DNA of 64,000 nucleotides, taken from Candidatus Parcubacteria bacterium (GTDB taxonomy: Bacteria; Patescibacteriota; Minisyncoccia; Phycocordibacterales; UBA918). The first letter of the stretch is position 1, and the number at the start of each line of letters is the position of its first letter. Location: positions 67,858 to 131,857 of the forward strand of contig JBJOPW010000001.1 in the NCBI GenBank assembly GCA_046050355.1. Direction: 5' to 3'. The notes under the pieces are model-generated. The model saw only the letters and a program-made list of their open reading frames with translations, searched no databases and was not told the DNA's origin. The translations under genes and the position numbers were made by a program. This document shows, one piece after another, positions 24,571-32,288 of the stretch.

Positions 24571-25677
24571 CTACCCGGTCCAGTTGAAGAGGAGGATTGA
24601 GAAGTCTTCAAGTCCAACCTTCCCATTACTATTGATATCCGCCGGCGGGTTTGAGTCACCGCCATTAGTACTCCACCAGAAAATGAGAATAGAAAAGTCG
24701 GTTAGATTAACCTTACCATCACGACTGAGGTCAGATGGCGAGCTGGGTGCGCCATCGACGCCTAAAAGCAGCTGCACGACACTACTATAACCACTTTGGG
24801 TCAGTAGTGGTGGTGTGCCAGTAATAGAGCGAACTTTGATTGGATAGGTGGCATTACGGAGACTCGCCGTATTGAGCGTATAGCTGTAACGACCACTAGT
24901 GTCACTGGTCGTTCGTTCGGTGCGAAGACTACTGTTCCCTACCTGGATTTCGATCGCAGCACTCGGGACTGCCTGTCCAGAAATCGTAACTGTTCCGCCA
25001 GGACTGACTTTAGTATTTGATAAGGCTAAGGTCGGCGGCAACAAAAGGCCACTGACATTTGTTACGGCGCCTTGAGTCACATCAAAGGTACTATTGAGCG
25101 TGATAGAGCGTACCCCCGTCGAGTCATTCGCCCACACACCCATGGTAGCGGTTCCTGGCGACGCTTTGGTCGAAAATTCAAAACGACCGGTACTATTAGC
25201 TCGTACGGAACCGACAGACTTGGTATCAAGAAGAAAATTAACTTGCTGATTTGGATACGCAATACCAGTAATACTGATTGACGAATCACCAAGATCGCGG
25301 GTACCACCGCCACCTCCTCCACCGCCAGATGATCCACCGCCGCCAGAACCAGCCGGTTCTATTTGACAGGTAGCCGAACAAAAATCACCACCGGTGTTAT
25401 TCGCATCGTCACACTCTTCTGCATAAGTAGTCTGCAAAATACCATCACCGCAGTATGGTCCATAGTCACAGACAGCATTGCATTGTCGCCCAGCAATGGT
25501 GGTACTGTAGAGACCAATTTCACCAGGCACATCGCACTGTTCCCCGACATCGATGAGTGCGTTCCCGCAGATACTCAAATCAATAGTGGTTGTTGCTGTT
25601 GAAATAGTGACAGCGAGTACTTCGTGTGGCATAACACCAAGCGAAGCGACGAAGAGGAGGAGAGCAGCAAGGCGCAT
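24571..25677 (-). CDS. Secreted protein: Cys-rich repeats (Myxococcus cysteine-rich-repeat-like), Gly linker, two Ig-like domains, C-terminal dockerin
   Basis: CGNALIDVGEQCD...YCGDGILQTTYAEECDDANNTGGDFCSATCQIE; GSGGGGSSGGGGGGGG. Dockerin DLSRDGKVNLTDFSILIFWW...DINSNGKVGLEDFSILLFNW. Confidence 0.7.
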   Translation of the reverse strand: MRLAALLLFVASLGVMPHEVLAVTISTATTTIDLSICGNALIDVGEQCDVPGEIGLYSTTIAGRQCNAVCDYGPYCGDGILQTTYAEECDDANNTGGDFCSATCQIEPAGSGGGGSSGGGGGGGGTRDLGDSSISITGIAYPNQQVNFLLDTKSVGSVRANSTGRFEFSTKASPGTATMGVWANDSTGVRSITLNSTFDVTQGAVTNVSGLLLPPTLALSNTKVSPGGTVTISGQAVPSAAIEIQVGNSSLRTERTTSDTSGRYSYTLNTASLRNATYPIKVRSITGTPPLLTQSGYSSVVQLLLGVDGAPSSPSDLSRDGKVNLTDFSILIFWWSTNGGDSNPPADINSNGKVGLEDFSILLFNWTG

Positions 25678-25682
25678 AACAA

Positions 25683-26630
25683 CTACGTTAAACGAGAACG
25701 ACGGTTATGAATAAAGAATAAGATGACAATAAGTACTGCGAAGATTGGCAGCAGGATCGATAGCTTGTGTGCTATTGATAGTCCCATAAAGCCGTAACCA
25801 GCGACCTGTAGCGTGCCATATGGCAATATACTCAAGTTGAGTTCACCCTCTTGTTTGACATCCTCGCCATTTTTAATGGTATACCGCGCGATATAGCTAC
25901 CAGCCGGTAACCGGGTCGGGAGTGAGGCACTAATTTCTTCTATCGCGTAGGGAGCGATTTTTTTGAGACGACCCGTATGGTGGGTTTCCTCGAGTAATAC
26001 GGCGCCAGCGCGATCATAAATACGAAACTCAACATCTGACGGAGCAACATCAATGTTACCGGTGTTCTCAATCAACATCGAAAAATTAATCTTGCCAGGG
26101 AAATACAACCAACCAACTTTCTTTCCTTCATTGAGATCACTGACAGTAATCTTACGGACGCGGAAATCTTCGATGACTTTATCAATGACTGATAGATCGA
26201 CATCAACTTGAGCACCCAGAGAAATGCTTACGACACCCTCAGCGACCTGATCATCAGCTGGCAGCGTACGGATACGAATCTTGCCGGTATAGTCTGCAAA
26301 ATCTGCCTCAGCTGGAACCTTGATACGTACTGTCATGGGCACTTTTTGTTGTCCACGTGGCAAGGCGATACTTTGACCTTCAACAATCTCTATCCAATCC
26401 TGAATCTCTGGTGCGTCAATTGTAATTTCGGCTTTGAGATTGTCACTTGGGTTACCACGAACCAGGAGAATCTGCTGTTCGTAGGTTGAGTTGCGTGTCA
26501 GGCTGGTGTTCCGAACATACGGCGGGGTAATACCAAAACTAGCGTAACTTAAGGCTGGCCAAAAAGCCAAAGTTGCGAGCACACACAAAACAAAAGAACG
26601 AAGCAAAAACGTTGGCAAAATTACCTTCAT
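25683..26630 (-). CDS. Two-beta-sandwich surface protein with C-terminal TM anchor (DUF916/DUF3324-like), third paralogue
   Basis: Signal MKVILPTFLLRSFVLCVLATLAFWPALSYA; QQKVPMTVRIKVPAEADFADYTGKIRI; MLIENTGNIDVAPSDVEFRIYD; TM LSILLPIFAVLIVILFFI. Start set to the ATG at 26630. Confidence 0.55.
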   Translation of the reverse strand: MKVILPTFLLRSFVLCVLATLAFWPALSYASFGITPPYVRNTSLTRNSTYEQQILLVRGNPSDNLKAEITIDAPEIQDWIEIVEGQSIALPRGQQKVPMTVRIKVPAEADFADYTGKIRIRTLPADDQVAEGVVSISLGAQVDVDLSVIDKVIEDFRVRKITVSDLNEGKKVGWLYFPGKINFSMLIENTGNIDVAPSDVEFRIYDRAGAVLLEETHHTGRLKKIAPYAIEEISASLPTRLPAGSYIARYTIKNGEDVKQEGELNLSILPYGTLQVAGYGFMGLSIAHKLSILLPIFAVLIVILFFIHNRRSRLT

Positions 26631-26661
26631 GCGATACTCACTATTATCGAAAATATTAGCC

Positions 26662-26702
26662 AAAAAAGCAATAACCACTGTTCGGATAACAGTGGTTATT
26701 GC
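26662..26702 (-). terminator. Rho-independent terminator of the 625-aa surface-protein gene
   Basis: Perfect 15-bp stem gcaataaccactgtt/aacagtggttattgc (26668-26682/26688-26702) with a 5-nt loop. On the minus strand it is followed by TTTTTT and starts 20 nt after the TAA stop. Confidence 0.85.
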
Positions 26703-26722
26703 TTGTTGTATAGAGTGATGGT

Positions 26723-28600
26723 TTACCAACTTAATGGATTTGAGATTGCACCAGTGAAAGTGTTTTGTCCGGTGTATGATCCAGCGAGGGTGATCGTACC
26801 TGGTACCGCAATACCCCAGTAGGTTGTACCTGATGTTGGTGTCGAGGTCGCAGTTGGTTTTGGAATCTGAATCTGTAACGTTGCCGGTGACGTAGTTGGT
26901 TGAAGCGCTGCACCAGAGGCATAGGCAACCGCAGAAGTAGCATACCGCTGCTCACCTTGTGGAATTGTCGACGTGGCAGAAACTGGGCAAGGGTTAGTGG
27001 TACTAAAGGTCGTACACATAGACTCACCACCAAGGAGTTGATTAAGACCAGTGTTACCAAGGACTCGTAGTGATGACGATGAAGTCAAGTTTGGCATGTT
27101 TGTCCCCGGCTCAAGCTGATCGTACGCAATGGTACTCGTCAGGAGATCAATGGCCACGAGACTCAAGAGTTCTACCGGACTGGTGGTAGTCGCCATGGTA
27201 CCAGTGGCATTATCATCATCGACACCAGCTACACCAGCACTCCAAGCCTGCGTATCAAATGGTGTTCCAGAAACAGTTGGATCAGCAATGAACCAGAGTG
27301 GGAAGGAACATGAGTAACTGATCGTATCGTCAGTGTTGCCGGTACACGATGTTGTGGAAGCTGTACATGAAAGGTTCCAAACTGAAGCAGCTACTCCACT
27401 TGGATAACAGTTGTTTGCATTGTAAGCTCCAGCTGATCCATCACAAGTTGTTGTTCCAACCGCACTACGGAAGATAGAGACCACCGAACGCTGGATTTCA
27501 TCAGCCGCACCGCCACCAACCGCATCACAACTGTTAGCATCAGCCACCACAAAATCAAGCGTAAAACCTGTTGTTTGTGAACCCGGCACTGTAAGCACTA
27601 TATCAAGTCCACCATTAAGAGAAATGGTACCACCGGCCACTGTTGGTGCGACGTTGCTGACTTCAAAGGTAACGTTTGTACCTTGTGCACCACCTGATGC
27701 TTCGTGACCGTGCTCATCATAAAGATACGCAAATGCGTTGTAGTTAGTGTCCTGAAGAATAGTAGCCATTACTCGCGAGGTGGTGGCGTTAGCAAACGCA
27801 ATCGAGAGTGATGATGAAGCAACAGTATCACCGGCGCCACAACTGTTCGTACTGGTACTATATGAAGCCGAACCACAAACTACCAGGTAAAGTGCGTCAT
27901 CAGTATCTACAACGTCTGGGTCAGTAGAGGTTGATCTAAAGAGTAGTGTACCGCCTGGATTAACTGGACCATCATTACTAAACCCAGTGAAAACTGGTCG
28001 ACGATTCACATTAAATGGTGACGAGTTCGTCGCATTTGTACCCTGTGAGAAAGTGGTACTACAACGGGGGTTTACCGGATCATCGTCACACACCCAGGCG
28101 TACCAGTCGTTTGATTCAGCAAAGGGCGCAACTTCTACGGTCGTGGTGGCAGCACGGGCTTCAGTGCCACTTGGCGTGCCCGTAGAAACCGCCCAGCGTG
28201 TACCAGCACTACAGACAGGAGCCGCAGTACCTAAGGTGGTTGTCGACTGTTGAGCAGTTGGGGTGGCGTTTGTACTACACACAATGAGGAAGTATGGTGC
28301 ACCGTTGGCATCGCTTGCTGTTCCGACCCAAGCTACTTGATCACCTGAGTTCGTTGGCGAGGTTGAAGATGAGCTGATTAACTCACGACCCTCTTGTCCA
28401 GCCACCCAGGTTGGCGGCGTGTTAAGTACGGTCAACGTGGTCGTTGCAGTACTGGTCGCTTCGGCCTTTTCAAGCTCAGTTTTACCAATGTTAAGAATAA
28501 AGATGAAGGTAAAAATGAGCAACCCTGATAATGCTGATAATACGGTGATTTTCCCAGCGGTCTCTACATACCGTGGAAAGTTATTTTTGTTGTACAACAT
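26723..28600 (-). CDS. Secreted surface protein (625 aa), Thr/Ser-rich with Cys pairs; C-terminal module shared with the 7,456-aa protein
   Basis: N-terminal anchor ITVLSALSGLLIFTFIFIL. The C-terminus IAYDQLEPG...LGNTG...IPKPT...TYWGIAVPG...SYTGQNTFTGAISNPLSW parallels INYGSLAPQ...ANAGN...LSKPT...IFWGIEVPFG...GINVFTPVSP. Confidence 0.7.
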   Translation of the reverse strand: MLYNKNNFPRYVETAGKITVLSALSGLLIFTFIFILNIGKTELEKAEATSTATTTLTVLNTPPTWVAGQEGRELISSSSTSPTNSGDQVAWVGTASDANGAPYFLIVCSTNATPTAQQSTTTLGTAAPVCSAGTRWAVSTGTPSGTEARAATTTVEVAPFAESNDWYAWVCDDDPVNPRCSTTFSQGTNATNSSPFNVNRRPVFTGFSNDGPVNPGGTLLFRSTSTDPDVVDTDDALYLVVCGSASYSTSTNSCGAGDTVASSSLSIAFANATTSRVMATILQDTNYNAFAYLYDEHGHEASGGAQGTNVTFEVSNVAPTVAGGTISLNGGLDIVLTVPGSQTTGFTLDFVVADANSCDAVGGGAADEIQRSVVSIFRSAVGTTTCDGSAGAYNANNCYPSGVAASVWNLSCTASTTSCTGNTDDTISYSCSFPLWFIADPTVSGTPFDTQAWSAGVAGVDDDNATGTMATTTSPVELLSLVAIDLLTSTIAYDQLEPGTNMPNLTSSSSLRVLGNTGLNQLLGGESMCTTFSTTNPCPVSATSTIPQGEQRYATSAVAYASGAALQPTTSPATLQIQIPKPTATSTPTSGTTYWGIAVPGTITLAGSYTGQNTFTGAISNPLSW

Positions 28601-28708
28601 ACTAAATACCTATATATTGTATCGGATAAAGGCCTGAGTTATGCACTAGTTATGCACAGTAAGCAACCTCTGTGACAGCTGGTGAGTTTTAGTCACTGCG
28701 ATAATTTT

Positions 28709-28734
28709 TAAAAAAGACGAGGTCGGACCTCGTC
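28709..28734 (-). terminator. Intrinsic terminator (GACGAGG-family palindrome, copy 4) closing the tandem RNA array
   Basis: Minus strand: GACGAGGTC-c-GACCTCGTC followed by TTTTTTaaaaatt. The plus strand has no T-run after the hairpin, which sets the orientation. Confidence 0.7.
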
Positions 28735-28790
28735 CTTAGGGGCACCAAGAAACTAAAGTTCCTCAAATAAAGTGAGCGTCTGGTGGCCAA

Positions 28791-28935
28791 GAGACGTGGA
28801 CTGGGCCATTAGGGATAGTGAGAAATGGGGTGGGACCCATTTCTCAAGACTCATTGTGGATATTTGTGAGTGATAACGAAACAAATAGCCCAATGAGTGG
28901 ACAGCCTCTGTAAGAAGTCAGCTCACGGAAATTCG
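28791..28935 (-). ncRNA. Unclassified structured RNA motif, copy A (strand inferred from the downstream terminator)
   Basis: Helices: cgtggactg/cagctcacg, gagaaatggg/cccatttctc, actcattg/caatgagt, tatttgt/acaaata. No ORF. The helices covary with copy B. Confidence 0.55.
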
Positions 28936-28969
28936 TCAGGTAAGCATAAAGAGAGTGTGCGGTAGCTGT

Positions 28970-29111
28970 GAGACGTGGACTGGGCCATTAGGTGAGAAAA
29001 CGTGGGACGTTTTCGCAAGACTCATTGCGTAATTTTATGAGTGGTAACGAAATAAAATTGCCAATGAGTAGACAGTTTCTGTAAGAAATAGGCCCAGCTC
29101 ACGGAAATTCG
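28970..29111 (-). ncRNA. Unclassified structured RNA motif, copy B
   Basis: Helices: cgtggactgggcc/ggcccagctcacg, gagaaaacg/cgttttcgc, actcattg/caatgagt, aattttat/ataaaatt. Loops tggga and gagtgRtaacgaa are conserved with copy A. Confidence 0.55.
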
Positions 29112-29231
29112 CAATAGTCGGCGAAGAAGATTCAAGAAACATAGTGATTCGGCCTAGAAAAGACATTAGGAATAGTCTTCTCTAGGTAAGTTCGCAATAG
29201 TCGGCTTGCGCTTCGTTTGCTCACTTAATTT

Positions 29232-30440
29232 CTATTCATAGCGAATCGCATCCAGTGGATTTAGAGACGAAGCCCGACGGGCTGGGAAGATTCCAGTCAA
29301 GTACCCCACCGCCGCTGAGAAGAGAGCAATAAATACGAGGAAGCCAATCGGGAAAGAAAAGAGCTTCACTGCCTGCCCGCCAAATTGCCCCGCCACAATA
29401 TTCAAAAAGACATTGATGGTCACCCCTAAACCTACCCCCATCACGATGCCACTAATACCGCCAAGGAAGCCTACTACCACCGACTCTGACACGAAGAGGT
29501 ACTTCACATCATTTGGTGAGGCCCCAATCGTACGCATAATACCGATCTCTTTGGTACGCTCAAGGAGGGTCACCGTCATGGTATTGAACATACCAATGGC
29601 TGACACTACTAGCGCAATACCACCGAAGGTAGCAAGTACGATCTGAATTCCTTGAAAGATTTTGGAAGCTTGCTCCACGGTCTTTGAGAGTGCTGTCACC
29701 CGGTAGCCAGCGTCGATAAGTTTATTTTCTACAATCGGTAAATTCTCGTTGGTATCAACGCGTACTTGAATCCGTTCAAATTCTTCAATACCGACATAGT
29801 TGCGTAGTTCAGGCAACATCATCATCGCATTAAGGACACCTTCCTCTTTGGTAATGCCACGAACAGTGTATTCCTTATCAATAATGACTTCAGTGTTGTT
29901 GTTAGTCCCATCATTAGCCGGAATCAAAATACGAAATGATACTTTTTCACCAACAAAGGTGGCTGGATCATCAACTCCAAACAGCTTTAGTACGGCTGGC
30001 GAAAGCATCACAGAATTCGTATCACCAGCGTCAGCATCGGTAAAGACAGTGCCTTCAGTGGCCGATACGCCGGCATACCGCAGATAAGGTGGCTCCACAC
30101 CTTGAATAAAGACGTTCCCGGTGAGACCTTTGTAGGTGACGAGAGCCGGAAAGCGAGCGAGCGGAGCGGCGTCGAGTACCTCAGGCATATTTTCAAAATC
30201 AGCCACGGTCTCGGTGGTCAATTTTAGGTTTTGCGCACCAGTAGCTGAGACACCGAGCGACAAAAGGGTCTCACCAAACACGATCTGTTCTAGAATGATT
30301 TGCTGCAAACCAAACCCAAGACCAACGAGAATCACCACGGCCCCTGTCCCCACACCCATACCCAAAATCGTGAGCCACGTACGAAGCGGGTTGGTTTTGA
30401 ACATACGCGTCGAAAGCTGCGCCAGATCCTGAACTCGCAT
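29232..30440 (-). CDS. ABC transporter permease, FtsX/MacB-type (4 TM plus large extracytoplasmic domain)
   Basis: FKTNPLRTWLTILGMGVGTGAVVILV at the N-terminus; C-terminal LERTKEIGIMRTIGASPNDV...FPARRASSLNPLDAIRYE. The ORF-track start at 30461 is a TTG inside the promoter-like box, so the ATG at 30440 is preferred. Confidence 0.85.
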   Translation of the reverse strand: MRVQDLAQLSTRMFKTNPLRTWLTILGMGVGTGAVVILVGLGFGLQQIILEQIVFGETLLSLGVSATGAQNLKLTTETVADFENMPEVLDAAPLARFPALVTYKGLTGNVFIQGVEPPYLRYAGVSATEGTVFTDADAGDTNSVMLSPAVLKLFGVDDPATFVGEKVSFRILIPANDGTNNNTEVIIDKEYTVRGITKEEGVLNAMMMLPELRNYVGIEEFERIQVRVDTNENLPIVENKLIDAGYRVTALSKTVEQASKIFQGIQIVLATFGGIALVVSAIGMFNTMTVTLLERTKEIGIMRTIGASPNDVKYLFVSESVVVGFLGGISGIVMGVGLGVTINVFLNIVAGQFGGQAVKLFSFPIGFLVFIALFSAAVGYLTGIFPARRASSLNPLDAIRYE

Positions 30441-30446
30441 AGTACT

Positions 30447-30460
30447 TACATTATGACACA
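30447..30460 (-). promoter_or_regulatory. Extended -10-like box TGTGTCATAATGTA, 9 nt (from CATAAT) upstream of the permease ATG
   Basis: An identical 14-mer recurs upstream of the ATPase ATG (31908-31921). Confidence 0.4.
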
Positions 30461-30504
30461 ACTACTTTTCGTAAACATTAGATAACCCCCATGTCAAAAT
30501 GAAT

Positions 30505-30572
30505 ATAAATATAGAATAGACAAAGTATTCAGTCACTTTTCAATTTTCCATCTTCACTATTCTATATTTATT
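30505..30572. repeat. 15-bp perfect inverted repeat (ataaatatagaatag / ctattctatatttat) with a 38-nt spacer, between the ABC ATPase stop and the permease promoter
   Basis: Arms at 30505-30519 and 30558-30572, read directly. Confidence 0.7.
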
Positions 30573-30577
30573 TGATG

Positions 30578-31900
30578 CTAACTTTTGTAACTAACATCTA
30601 CCCCTTGTGCAATCAACTTTTCAAAGTAACGAGTCATGTCATCAGCCTCCTTCTCAGACAAAGAGAGACCTTTGCTCCGGATCCCTTCCATTAATCGTGT
30701 ATTAAAGTCTTTCTCTTCGACGACACCAGTCACTCGGTCCGCCACTAGTTCAACGAGGTTAGCATCTTGCTCTTTACTAAGCTTCATACGGTATACCTCT
30801 TGGAGGTGATCACGGAGTCGCTCAGCGAGTTTATGTTGACTAAAGAAAACACCGGCATTGTCCTTCTTGGCACGAAAACGGCGAATATCATCTGATTGTT
30901 CAATCAATTTTTCACTCCGTTTGGCCATATCTTTGGCTACCGACTCTGGCACCTCCACTCCCCCGCGTTCTAATGGCAATACAAGTGCATTTATAAAGGC
31001 GTCGCGATCAATTTTGCCTTTAATGAAGAAACCAACCGCACGTTCAAGTCGTTGGATTTGGTCAAAGGTGTAGTCTTGTGTGAGGTAGTTTACAAGACTT
31101 TTTACCCGCAGAGTTTCTACCGAATCATACGGGAAGAGTCGTGCCAGCTGCTCGAGTTCAGTCACAATCGTCTCCCCTTCACGTACTGGCTTAATCTGTT
31201 TACGTTGCGGGTTGACCACTTCGCGCACAATAAAGCCATCTTTGAGATAGTACACCCGGTGCGCATACGAAAGATGCGCAGCGTTGTGTGACACCATAAT
31301 AATGGTACGACGGTCAAAGGTGTTAATTTCGTCAATTTTATCCATTACTTGCTGAGTCGAAATCGAGTCAAGGTTACCGGTTGGTTCGTCCGCCAGAAGA
31401 ATCTTTGGATCATTCACCATACTCCGAGCTACTGATACACGCTGTTGCTGTCCACCGGAGAGCATCGAGGGGATTTTGTGTGACACATGCCCTACCCCAA
31501 AACGATCGAGGAGCGATTGGGCTCGTCGATCACGGGTCTGTTTGTCGGCATTACAAAAAATCATTGGTAGAGCTACATTATCAAGCACCGACAGCGACCC
31601 AATGAGGTTAAACGACTGGAAGATAATACCCATCACGTAGCGCTGGAAGTACACACGTTCTGAAGGTGGATAGGAATAGATATCATCCCCTCGAATAAGG
31701 AGTGTTCCGTCTCCTGGTGGCAAAGAACCCTGAATTGAATACATGAGTGTCGACTTCCCTGACCCTGAGGCCCCGAAGAGAATGATGTACTCACCTTCAT
31801 AGATGTCCGTGTTCACATTTTGGAGCGCACGAAATTCGTTACTCTTGCCTTTATTATAAATAATCGACAAGTCACGACAAACAATCAGAGGCTTCGCCAT
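30578..31900 (-). CDS. ABC transporter ATP-binding protein (MacB/LolD/FtsE-like) with a ~210-aa C-terminal helical extension of unknown function
   Basis: [11 protein letters not shown] (Walker A), [15 protein letters not shown] (signature), [12 protein letters not shown] (Walker B), MVSHN (H-loop). Residues ~230-440 have no motif I recognise. Confidence 0.9.
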   Translation of the reverse strand: MAKPLIVCRDLSIIYNKGKSNEFRALQNVNTDIYEGEYIILFGASGSGKSTLMYSIQGSLPPGDGTLLIRGDDIYSYPPSERVYFQRYVMGIIFQSFNLIGSLSVLDNVALPMIFCNADKQTRDRRAQSLLDRFGVGHVSHKIPSMLSGGQQQRVSVARSMVNDPKILLADEPTGNLDSISTQQVMDKIDEINTFDRRTIIMVSHNAAHLSYAHRVYYLKDGFIVREVVNPQRKQIKPVREGETIVTELEQLARLFPYDSVETLRVKSLVNYLTQDYTFDQIQRLERAVGFFIKGKIDRDAFINALVLPLERGGVEVPESVAKDMAKRSEKLIEQSDDIRRFRAKKDNAGVFFSQHKLAERLRDHLQEVYRMKLSKEQDANLVELVADRVTGVVEEKDFNTRLMEGIRSKGLSLSEKEADDMTRYFEKLIAQGVDVSYKS

Positions 31901-31907
31901 ACGTAGC

Positions 31908-31921
31908 TACATTATGACACA
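31908..31921 (-). promoter_or_regulatory. Extended -10-like box TGTGTCATAATGTA, 10 nt (from CATAAT) upstream of the ATPase ATG
   Basis: Minus strand: gcTGTGTCATAATGTAgctacgtATG. Same 14-mer as at 30447-30460. Confidence 0.4.
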
Positions 31922-32028
31922 GCATAACAATTGAAGACGTCTCTCATATCCCCATTACCAAATCAAAACAAATAAGATGTGTGATTTGTTTCAGCATGAG
32001 TCTGCTAGGATTTACAAACTTGATGCAG

Positions 32029-32105
32029 TTCGAGGCGGACGAGTAAAATTTTGTGAGGCGTATTAAATATACGTTTAATAAAATTTTATGAAGTCCAACA
32101 AAGAA
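32029..32105 (-). repeat. 3'-flank element copy L3 (hairpin CGTAT-ttaaa-ATACG, flanked by taaaatttt/aaaatttta)
   Basis: The box (+ strand caacaaag, 32096-32103) ends 21 nt after the relic TAG at 32125-32127. Hairpin at 32059-32073. Confidence 0.6.
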
Positions 32106-32124
32106 ATGCGCTAGTTTGGAGATT

Positions 32125-32154
32125 CTAGTTGGTAATGTTCTTAACCCAACCAAA
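32125..32154 (-). pseudogene. Relic or alternative gene 3' end encoding FGWVKNITN-stop, a duplicate of the last 9 codons of the Fn3 gene
   Basis: Minus strand TTT GGT TGG GTT AAG AAC ATT ACC AAC TAG versus the real end TTT GGT TGG GTT AAG AAT ATA ACT AAT TAA. All differences are synonymous third positions. The relic is in frame with the real stop. Confidence 0.5.
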
Positions 32155-32229
32155 AAGTAAAACAACAACCGTGAGGTTGTATGATTTTACTTTGTTCCAA
32201 CTTTCTATTCCTAATGAAAGTTCTGGAAC

Positions 32230-32288
32230 CTTTTGGTGGATTAAGATATAACTAATTTAATTAGTTATATTCTTAACCCAACCAAAAG
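32230..32288 (-). repeat. Long imperfect hairpin (~26 bp) whose 3-nt loop is the TAA stop codon of the Fn3 gene
   Basis: The left arm (32230-32256) is the inverted copy of the last ~10 codons (32260-32288). Pairing checked base by base: 2 bulges, 1 mismatch. Confidence 0.7.

Noticed and set aside
24529-24573. TAG readthrough or recoding as an explanation for the conserved sequence after the TAG stops (L elements).
   Set aside because: In-frame translation past the TAG hits a TAA after 14 codons at L2. Conservation is in a hairpin with compensatory changes, not in codon-like patterns, so an RNA- or DNA-level element fits better.
28791-29111. Possibility that the tandem ~179-nt repeats are a CRISPR array or a tandem satellite.
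   Set aside because: There is no short repeat/unique-spacer alternation, the units are far longer than CRISPR repeats, and the differences between units are concentrated in base-paired positions. No cas genes are in the window.
28601-29231. Search for tRNA or rRNA genes in all larger intergenic regions (17917-18037, 23490-23825, 28601-29231, 31901-32256, 58243-58656).
   Set aside because: By eye I found no GGTTCGAATCC-type T-loop, no cloverleaf-compatible acceptor pairing and no rRNA-like conserved blocks. A tRNAscan-SE or Infernal run would be needed to be definitive.
31944-32168. 74-aa minus-strand ORF in the ATPase-Fn3 intergenic region, and the 110-aa ORF at 23801-24133.
   Set aside because: The first spans the L3 element and the relic gene end, with no coding signature. 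The second is antisense to the HD gene and its promoter. Both are judged spurious.
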